From Candidatus Colwellbacteria bacterium (GTDB lineage: Bacteria; Patescibacteriota; Minisyncoccia; UBA6257; Colwellbacteraceae): a stretch of 32,646 bases of DNA. Of this stretch, positions 26,978-32,646 are shown piece by piece. Position 1 is the stretch's first letter, and each line of letters starts with the position of its first letter. The stretch covers positions 1 through 32,646 of the forward strand of contig DAIDBC010000039.1 in the NCBI GenBank assembly GCA_027310265.1, read 5' to 3'. The notes beneath the pieces are model-generated. The model saw only the letters and a list, made by a program, of their open reading frames with translations. It searched no databases and was not told where the DNA came from. Both the position numbers and the translations under genes were made by a program.

Positions 26978-27409
26978 CTAAATACCGAGCTCTCCCAATT
27001 TCTCGGCTATTTCTTCGGAAGAGCCTTCGGTCTTAGTGCGATATTCCTCCCAGGTGGCGGCATTCCAGATTTCCATGCGGTTGTAAACGCCGCAAACAAC
27101 CGCTTCTTTATCTAGTCCAGCGTACTTGCGGAGATAATCGGGAACGAGAATCCTACCCTGACTGTCCAGTTCAACGTCAGAGGCGCCGGAGAGCATCAAA
27201 CGCACGAAAGCGCGTGAGTTGGCCTGTGCCAGTGGGAGACTGGTCAATTTTTGGGCCAGTTTTTCCCAGTCAGCGGCCGGGAAAACGAATAAACAACGGT
27301 CTATACCACGGGTTACTATCGCTCCACCCACGATATTGCTGCGGAACTTGGCGGGTATGGCTACCCGGCCTTTGGAATCGACGGTGTGGCGAAATTCTCC
27401 GATGAACAT
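26978..27409 (-). CDS. mraZ: Division/cell wall cluster transcriptional repressor MraZ
   Basis: Two DxxGR motifs (DSKGRV, DSQGRI) and EIW. Confidence 0.97.
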   Translation of the reverse strand: MFIGEFRHTVDSKGRVAIPAKFRSNIVGGAIVTRGIDRCLFVFPAADWEKLAQKLTSLPLAQANSRAFVRLMLSGASDVELDSQGRILVPDYLRKYAGLDKEAVVCGVYNRMEIWNAATWEEYRTKTEGSSEEIAEKLGELGI

Positions 27410-27453
27410 TTGCTTTAGAGCGCTTCCCCTTTATTAGTGCCCTTTCTTTGTCT

Positions 27454-27494
27454 TTATCCACAGAAATGGGTACTTATCCACATCCTTATCCACA
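27454..27494 (+). promoter_or_regulatory. Three perfect DnaA boxes
   Basis: TTATCCACA at 27454-27462, 27474-27482 and 27486-27494. A fourth, TTATACACA, is at 27616-27624. Confidence 0.8.
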
Positions 27495-27512
27495 ATTCCC
27501 CACTTCGGTTTT

Positions 27513-27541
27513 AGTTTATTATTTACCGCCCACACTGTCAA
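27513..27541 (-). promoter_or_regulatory. Sigma70 promoter of the mraZ operon
   Basis: TTGACA-17-TAAACT on the minus strand. Confidence 0.7.
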
Positions 27542-27648
27542 AGAATCTTAAAAGCCTCGCCTGGCGCGGTCAGAATCCTTTATTTTACGCGCTTAGCCGC
27601 TTTTGGGCGGCTAAGTTATACACAAGATATTCACTTTGAGTTGTCTCT

Positions 27649-27723
27649 TGGTGGACGTTGCAGGGATTGAACCTGCGGCCTCTTCCGTGTGAAGGAAGCG
27701 CTCTGCCACTGAGCTAAACGTCC
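27649..27723 (-). tRNA. tRNA-Val(CAC)
   Basis: GGACGTT/AACGTCC acceptor, anticodon arm CTTCC-TTCACAC-GGAAG. CCA is encoded. Confidence 0.96.
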
Positions 27724-27765
27724 GCGCTCGATAAATAATAGAACGAGCGCTGTAAGATTTGAAGC

Positions 27766-28125
27766 TTACTGGATTTCGGCAGTTGCGCCCGCGGCCTCCA
27801 GTTTTTTCTTGAACTCTTCGGCTTCTTCTTTCTTGATCCCTTCCTTTACTGTCTTCGGGGCTCCGTCCACCAAGTCCTTGGCCTCTTTCAGACCTAGACT
27901 AGTAATTTCACGGATTACTTTAATGACATTGATCTTTTGTTCGCCCGATGTTTTCAAGATCAGGTTGAACGCTGTTTTTTCCTCAACGGCTTCACCAGCG
28001 GTTCCAGCCGCAGCCACCGGCGCCGCAGCAGTGATGCCAAACTTTTCCTCCATCGCTTTTACTAATTCGGAAAGTTCGAGCACGGTCATCTTTTCGACTG
28101 CGGCAATGATGTCTTCTTGCTTCAT
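27766..28125 (-). CDS. rplL: 50S ribosomal protein L7/L12
   Basis: [36 protein letters not shown]. Confidence 0.98.
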   Translation of the reverse strand: MKQEDIIAAVEKMTVLELSELVKAMEEKFGITAAAPVAAAGTAGEAVEEKTAFNLILKTSGEQKINVIKVIREITSLGLKEAKDLVDGAPKTVKEGIKKEEAEEFKKKLEAAGATAEIQ

Positions 28126-28148
28126 TTAAAATTCACTTATTGATTTGA

Positions 28149-28649
28149 CTATGAACTCGACCTTTTACTTTTTTCTTGTATCAGATACATAAATGCCCTT
28201 ACCGGTGCAACAAGCGTACCTAACAGTTGCCCCAACATAATTGGACGCGGCGGCAACTGACCAATAGCTTCCACCGCGGCGGCCGGCAGCATTTCATTCT
28301 TGGCAAGATCGAAACCGCCTAGAATTTGAAACTTTTCGCGTTCCTTGGAGAAACGATAGAGCGGACCGGCTGCGTCGGAAATATCGCCTTTCACAAAAAT
28401 AGTCGCAAGTTGACCGGGAGCGAGGCCTTGAACTTTTAAATCAATACCCCTTTCCTTTAGTGCAACGTCGAGCAAGCGCTTCTTGACCACGCCCATTTTA
28501 GCCCGGATTGTGCGAAGCGTGTTGCGTAAAGCGCTCAAGTCTGCAACGGGCGTGCCGCTGAAATCGGCGAAGAGTAATGCTTTAGCATCAGCTATATCGC
28601 CTATCGCTTTAGATACAATTTCCTGTTTTTGAGATTTTGTTTTGGCCAT
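28149..28649 (-). CDS. rplJ: 50S ribosomal protein L10
   Basis: MAKTKSQK start, DFSG..V..L..LR, VVKKRL, LP. Directly upstream of rplL. Confidence 0.92.
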   Translation of the reverse strand: MAKTKSQKQEIVSKAIGDIADAKALLFADFSGTPVADLSALRNTLRTIRAKMGVVKKRLLDVALKERGIDLKVQGLAPGQLATIFVKGDISDAAGPLYRFSKEREKFQILGGFDLAKNEMLPAAAVEAIGQLPPRPIMLGQLLGTLVAPVRAFMYLIQEKSKRSSS

Positions 28650-28653
28650 ACGT

Positions 28654-28745
28654 AAAATAAAAACTGCGGACACAAATCCGCAAGAAAGGTTTTATCCTCG
28701 GCAGGTCTTGTCTCCTTTGTGGAGCGCCTGCTTTCTGCGGATCTT
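28654..28745 (-). promoter_or_regulatory. L10 leader autoregulatory RNA with attenuator terminator
   Basis: Minus strand CCGCAGAAAGCAGG...ACCTGCCGAGG matches the L10-leader core, followed by TGCGGA-TTTGTG-TCCGCA-GTTTTTATTTT. Confidence 0.8.
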
Positions 28746-28751
28746 AAACAA

Positions 28752-28780
28752 AGTATAAATAGTACAAACGTTATTGTCAA
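28752..28780 (-). promoter_or_regulatory. Sigma70 promoter of rplJL
   Basis: TTGACA-17-TATACT. Confidence 0.8.
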
Positions 28781-29406
28781 CCCGCTTGCTCTTTTACTAA
28801 CGGCACGAAACTGAAACCGAAATATTCCCGCACCTCGAATTTCTCCGGAGTTAGTTTTTGCACCACGACTATGCTTTGACTCACCGGAGCGACAATTGTT
28901 CCGCCGGTCTTCAATTGGTTTTTCCATGCCTCAGGTATCGTGTCACCCGCGGCCGCGGCAATAATCCTATTGTAGGGCGCTTCCGGCTCATAGCCTTGCG
29001 AACCGTCGCCCAATACAAAACTTACCCGACCGGCAAGTTCAGGAAAGGCATTCAGATTACCCTCGGCAAATATTTTCAGTTCCGGGATACGCTCAATCGC
29101 GACAACTTTGCCAGATTCCCCAACCAACTGGGCTAAAAGCGCGCTCTGCCAGCCGGAACCAGAACCGACGTCCAAAATCTTACTCCCCGGCTGGGGCTGC
29201 AACAATTCCAACATAAAGGCAACTGTAAGCGGCTGAGAAATAGTTTGCTCAAAACCTATTGGTAGCGGGTGATTCTCATAGGCTTGCGATTTGAACTCCA
29301 CCGGTACGAAAGCGGCGCGATCAACTGTTTTGAAGGCCTCGATTATTGCGGGGGTTTTCAGATAACCGCCGCGCACCAACTCATCGACTAATTCGCTTTT
29401 CGACAT
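28777..29406 (-). CDS. pcm: Protein-L-isoaspartate O-methyltransferase
   Basis: AY...PLPIG..QTISQP, ILDVGSGSGW, GDGS.G....APY.RI, FVPL. Confidence 0.95.
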   Translation of the reverse strand: MSKSELVDELVRGGYLKTPAIIEAFKTVDRAAFVPVEFKSQAYENHPLPIGFEQTISQPLTVAFMLELLQPQPGSKILDVGSGSGWQSALLAQLVGESGKVVAIERIPELKIFAEGNLNAFPELAGRVSFVLGDGSQGYEPEAPYNRIIAAAAGDTIPEAWKNQLKTGGTIVAPVSQSIVVVQKLTPEKFEVREYFGFSFVPLVKEQAG

Positions 29407-29427
29407 CGCCTTCGACGTCTGACAGGA

Positions 29428-29601
29428 CTACTTAAGCTTGGATTCTTTGTGAGCAGTTTGTTTACGGCACCAAGGACAATATTTCTTGTACTCAATTTTG
29501 CGCTCCACCTTTTTCTTATTTTTATGGGTGTAGTAATTGGCGCGGCCGCAAACGGTGCATTTGAGCCTTATTAAATTTTCCGAAAATTTTGACTGAGCCA
29601 T
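29428..29601 (-). CDS. rpmG: 50S ribosomal protein L33 (zinc type); absent from the ORF track
   Basis: Manual translation: MAQSKFSENLIRLKCTVCGRANYYTHKNKKKVERKIEYKKYCPWCRKQTAHKESKLK (57 aa). Confidence 0.95.
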   Translation of the reverse strand: MAQSKFSENLIRLKCTVCGRANYYTHKNKKKVERKIEYKKYCPWCRKQTAHKESKLK

Positions 29602-29627
29602 AATTTAACAATTTATTTGCCCCCTTC

Positions 29628-29702
29628 TGGAGCCAGAGGGGAGAATCGGACTCCCGACCTCTTTCTTACCAAGAAAGCGTTCTGCCACTGAACTACTCTG
29701 GC
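29628..29702 (-). tRNA. tRNA-Thr(GGU)
   Basis: GCCAGAG/CTCTGGC acceptor, anticodon arm CTTTC-TTGGTAA-GAAAG, CCA encoded. The T loop reads TCCGATT. Confidence 0.94.
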
Positions 29703-29712
29703 ATACCTAGTC

Positions 29713-29787
29713 TGGAGCCACCTCTCGGATTTGAACCGAGGACCTACTGTTTACAAAACAGTTGCTCTGCCGCTGAGCTAAGGTGGC
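29713..29787 (-). tRNA. tRNA-Thr(UGU)
   Basis: GCCACCT/AGGTGGC acceptor, anticodon arm ACTGT-TTTGTAA-ACAGT. CCA is encoded. Confidence 0.96.
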
Positions 29788-29805
29788 TGGCAATATAAAA
29801 GAATG

Positions 29806-29889
29806 TGGGCAGGGAGGGATTCGAACCCCCGCAGCCACTAGGGCGCCTGATTTACAGTCAGGTGCAATTGACCACTCTGCCACCTGCCC
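29806..29889 (-). tRNA. tRNA-Tyr(GUA)
   Basis: GGGCAGG/CCTGCCC acceptor, anticodon arm CCTGA-CTGTAAA-TCAGG, long variable arm. Confidence 0.96.
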
Positions 29890-29894
29890 ACGCC

Positions 29895-29910
29895 TGCCTG
29901 CCGGCAGGCA
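29895..29910. repeat. Perfect 16-bp GC-rich palindrome
   Basis: TGCCTGCCGGCAGGCA in the tRNA-Tyr leader. Confidence 0.7.
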
Positions 29911-29920
29911 AGCCTGCTGA

Positions 29921-29949
29921 AGTTTAAACAACTTTATCTTTCTCTTCAA
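29921..29949 (-). promoter_or_regulatory. Putative promoter of the tRNA Tyr-Thr-Thr-rpmG unit
   Basis: TTGAAG-17-TAAACT. Confidence 0.55.
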
Positions 29950-30218
29950 CCCTGCGTGCCATCCTTGTGTCCGTTTAACCGCCGACTCACAAGGTTGTCT
30001 GCTTTCAGTATCCACACCTTCAAGCGCCGCAATATTTTATCTTTGTAACCGACGATGAAAGTATCGATACGCTCAAGAGGTAACCTCTTGGCCCAATTCT
30101 GGACGCGATGATCCTCGAAATGCTGATCGTCCTGAACGCGCGGCGACGCTATGGCGATTAAGTAAACAACCGCACCCAACGCCACCATTAAAGCAAGCTG
30201 GATAAAAAGTTCGTACAT
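29946..30218 (-). CDS. Small hypothetical protein with N-terminal TM helix
   Basis: 90 aa; TM followed by PRV and a basic helix KILRRLKVWILKADN. Confidence 0.75.
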   Translation of the reverse strand: MYELFIQLALMVALGAVVYLIAIASPRVQDDQHFEDHRVQNWAKRLPLERIDTFIVGYKDKILRRLKVWILKADNLVSRRLNGHKDGTQG

Positions 30219-30235
30219 TATAAGTATTTTAAGCT

Positions 30236-30682
30236 CTAAACCTCAAAGCGCGCAAAACGCTCGACTACGATGTTCTCGCCCACCTTGGCGATTACCCCCT
30301 TCACCAGCTCACTAATAGTCGTCTTGTCGTCACGGATAAAAGGCTGTGCAAGAAGCGTCTGGACATCTGCCGGGTCCATCGCGGCTATCTGCATTGCAAG
30401 GTTTTTAGCAAGCTCGCGGAACGGATCGGATTTGCCGACAAAATCAGTCTCGCAGTGCAGTTCCAAAAGCACACCAACGCGATCGTTGTGAACGTATGAA
30501 GTGACAATGCCGGCTTTTACCACCCGCTCGCTCTTCTTTTCCGCCTTTTCGAAGCCACGCTCGCGAATCAGTTCTTTGGCTTTCTCAAAATTTCCAGCCG
30601 AATCTTCGAGCGCGCGTTTACACTCCATTACTCCGGCGCCGGTTTCTTCGCGGAGTTTTTGAATGTTTTCAGTGCTAACCAT
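30236..30682 (-). CDS. tsf: Elongation factor Ts (short form)
   Basis: LREETGAGVMECKRAL, ELHCETDFV, LAMQIAA, KVGENI.V.RF. Start is MVST at 30682 (148 aa). Confidence 0.95.
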   Translation of the reverse strand: MVSTENIQKLREETGAGVMECKRALEDSAGNFEKAKELIRERGFEKAEKKSERVVKAGIVTSYVHNDRVGVLLELHCETDFVGKSDPFRELAKNLAMQIAAMDPADVQTLLAQPFIRDDKTTISELVKGVIAKVGENIVVERFARFEV

Positions 30683-31490
30683 TGTTCTTCTCGCTCTTCT
30701 CTGCCACAACTGCAGCAAGTTTTGCCTTTTCCGCTTTGCCTTCCAAGATCGCCTTTTCAACGTAAGTTGCAAGTAATTCGAGACTGCGCGGATTGCGGTC
30801 GTTCGCCGGGATAGGACAATCAACTTCATCGGGGTCAGAGGCGGTATTCACGAAAGCTATGCTCGTAACGCCGCTTTTTCTGGCCTCTAGCGCGGGGGTC
30901 ATATTTCCGCCCAAGCCGAAAATGACAACTACCGCGGGTAACTTATCCATTGACTCGATGCCGCTGAAAAATTTGGTGAGTTTACCAATCTCACGGTTGA
31001 AATCGACCCTCTCTTTTTTAGTGTATTTGTCGAGAGCGCCGCTTTCGGCATCCGCTTTCAGTTTTTTGAAGTAACGCACACGTTCGGAAATGGTTTTGAA
31101 ATTGGTTATCGTCCCGCCGAGCCAGCGCTCCGCGACATAAGACACGCCGAGTTTCTCCCCCAACGCACGGACAATGGATTTACCGGCGGGAGTTGTATCA
31201 ACGATGATTACCTCGCCGCCGGAAGCTAGTTTGGTCCTGATGACCTCAGTCGCGTTCTTAAGAGCGCGCAGCGTTTCTGCCAAATCTATTATCTCAACCC
31301 CACCCTTGGAGGTGAGAATGTAGGGACTCATTTTGGGATTGGTCCTGGCGTGGCTCTGGCCGTAAAATACCCCCGCATCGATGAGCGACTGTATTTCCGC
31401 TCTCTCTTCCGGGGTAAGTGGTGTTTCTAAAACAGCCGCTTCGGCTGCTTCAGTTGCTATATCACCGATGTTCTTTGTTTCCGTATCCAT
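30675..31490 (-). CDS. rpsB: 30S ribosomal protein S2
   Basis: AGV.YG...NPKM.PYI, RWLGG.ITNF, IPAND. Start is MDTE at 31490. Confidence 0.95.
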   Translation of the reverse strand: MDTETKNIGDIATEAAEAAVLETPLTPEERAEIQSLIDAGVFYGQSHARTNPKMSPYILTSKGGVEIIDLAETLRALKNATEVIRTKLASGGEVIIVDTTPAGKSIVRALGEKLGVSYVAERWLGGTITNFKTISERVRYFKKLKADAESGALDKYTKKERVDFNREIGKLTKFFSGIESMDKLPAVVVIFGLGGNMTPALEARKSGVTSIAFVNTASDPDEVDCPIPANDRNPRSLELLATYVEKAILEGKAEKAKLAAVVAEKSEKNNG

Positions 31491-31516
31491 AAATTGCGCT
31501 AAAGCACGCAGCAGCA

Positions 31517-31544
31517 AGTATAACTCATTTTTTTCTATGTTCAA
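31517..31544 (-). promoter_or_regulatory. Putative rpsB-tsf promoter overlapping the trmD end
   Basis: TTGAAC-16-TATACT. Confidence 0.5.
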
Positions 31545-32190
31545 GCCGCCAGCGTTCTATCGCCCCGTGGTTCCCCGAAAGCAGCACCCTTGGAACAAGG
31601 TACTTCTTTTTCTTATAAGCCAGTACCTCTGGGCGGGTATAGACCGGCACGCCAACGCCGTACCGCTTTTCCTCCAGTGACTCTTCCTTACCCAAAACAC
31701 CTTTTATCTTGCGACTTACGGCGTCGATGACTGTAAGCGCCGGCAGCTCGCCACCGGTTAAAACATATGGACCGACCGATAATTCTCTCAACCTGAATAT
31801 TTTCTTTACCCGCTCGTCTACGCCCTCGTAATGCCCGGCAACGAGGATAATGTGTCCGTATCGCGCAAGCCGTGCGGCTTCGGCGTCATCGAACTTTTTG
31901 CCAGAAGCCGAAAGCAAGATCATTGCCGTTTTGGCTCCAACGCCGCGACCAACGCGTAGACGCTCAATTATTTTTACGAGCGGTTCCGGTTTAATGACCA
32001 TACCGGGACCGCCGCCATAAGGGCGGTCATCGGCTTTGTGATACGGCCCCGGCGTGAATTTTCTTAAATCGTGAACTCGCGCACCGATTATCCCCCTTCT
32101 CACCGCGCGACCGATTACCGATTCGCCAAAATACGGCCGCACGGTACCGGGAAATAAAGTGATGATGTCGAACGTAATCTTCGGCTTCAT
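31525..32190 (-). CDS. trmD: tRNA (guanine37-N1)-methyltransferase
   Basis: ITLFP, DDRPYGGGPGMV, GHYEGVDER, YVLTGGE, YTRP, VLLSGNH. Confidence 0.97.
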   Translation of the reverse strand: MKPKITFDIITLFPGTVRPYFGESVIGRAVRRGIIGARVHDLRKFTPGPYHKADDRPYGGGPGMVIKPEPLVKIIERLRVGRGVGAKTAMILLSASGKKFDDAEAARLARYGHIILVAGHYEGVDERVKKIFRLRELSVGPYVLTGGELPALTVIDAVSRKIKGVLGKEESLEEKRYGVGVPVYTRPEVLAYKKKKYLVPRVLLSGNHGAIERWRLEHRKK

Positions 32191-32210
32191 TATAATAGTA
32201 TCTTAACACT

Positions 32211-32238
32211 AAAGGCGGCCATATTCGTGGCCGCCTTT
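32211..32238. terminator. Hairpin/terminator downstream of khpA
   Basis: Perfect 11-bp stem AAAGGCGGCCA-TATTCG-TGGCCGCCTTT. Confidence 0.6.
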
Positions 32239-32262
32239 CGTTCTCCAGATTATAACCAATCT

Positions 32263-32589
32263 TTAGAGATCCTTGATATCATCGATCACCTTGTCGGTGA
32301 TACCCCTTTCGGAGGTTGGGCGCGGCGACCGTTCACTGCCCTCCGGCTCTTCAATCTTAAGATTCACGCGGGCATTGTTCTTTATGCCCACTATCCGAAG
32401 CAGAGAGCGGATGGCTTTTGCGGTAGAGCCCTGCCGGCCCACCACTTGGCCCATGTCCGCCTGGTTAACTCTCAAGGTCAGAAGCACGCCCATTTCATCC
32501 ACTTTCCGGTCAACTTTCACGTCGTCCGGATGGTCTACAAGCGCCTTAACGAGATAGGTCAGAAATTCCTGGTCTCCGGTATTGCTCAT
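32263..32589 (-). CDS. khpA: KH-domain RNA-binding protein KhpA/YlqC
   Basis: LVD.PDDV.V, DMGQVVGRQG.TAKAIRSLL (KH GxxG). Upstream of trmD. Confidence 0.92.
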   Translation of the reverse strand: MSNTGDQEFLTYLVKALVDHPDDVKVDRKVDEMGVLLTLRVNQADMGQVVGRQGSTAKAIRSLLRIVGIKNNARVNLKIEEPEGSERSPRPTSERGITDKVIDDIKDL

Positions 32590-32646
32590 TGCTGTTTCGG
32601 CGGTTAAATCTTGGCGACCTTTCTAAAATTAAAATTTGCCTAATTA

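Noticed and set aside
27440..27640. oriC at the DnaA-box cluster
   Set aside because: No dnaA or dnaN nearby, and gene orientation does not switch across it. A regulatory role is preferred, though whole-genome skew was not available.
27592..27750. Hairpins flanking tRNA-Val (27592-27615 and 27724-27750) as terminators or att sites
   Set aside because: The inverted repeats are real but lack clear U-tracts, and no duplicated tRNA end indicates an integrated element.
29707..30015. ORFs spanning tRNAs (also 14063-14257 and 22630-22812)
   Set aside because: They translate tRNA sequence and are spurious.
1..32646. CRISPR array, IS element, rRNA, recoded genetic code
   Set aside because: No spaced direct repeats, transposase or rRNA seen. 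TGA ends several genes normally and conserved ORFs are uninterrupted.

Overview
A gene-dense housekeeping region from a small-genome bacterium, most likely Patescibacteria/CPR (Parcubacteria-like). This assignment is inferred from the gene repertoire: short AspRS, short EF-Ts, EF-P lacking PGKG, split ComEC, a VirD4-like ATPase with a membrane partner, and a sigma4-HTH protein. TGA is used as a stop, so the code is standard. Almost all genes are on the minus strand. Contents: translation genes (rpmB, aspS, mnmA, efp, cysS, rplU, rplL, rplJ, rpmG, tsf, rpsB, trmD, khpA), 7 tRNAs, grpE-dnaK-(membrane protein)-dnaJ, dnaB-recR, secDF, a reduced dcw cluster (mraZ-rsmH-ftsL-ftsI-murF), ndk, an HD nucleotidase, a corrinoid adenosyltransferase and split comEC. 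No mobile elements or CRISPR arrays were seen. Main non-coding signals: a ~128-nt promoter-driven rod-shaped RNA resembling a miniature 6S RNA (1743-1870), an unidentified structured region at the window start (1-176), DnaA boxes in the mraZ leader, an L10-leader attenuator, and several leaderless-type promoters. All calls come from reading the sequence by eye; no searches or folding programs were run.
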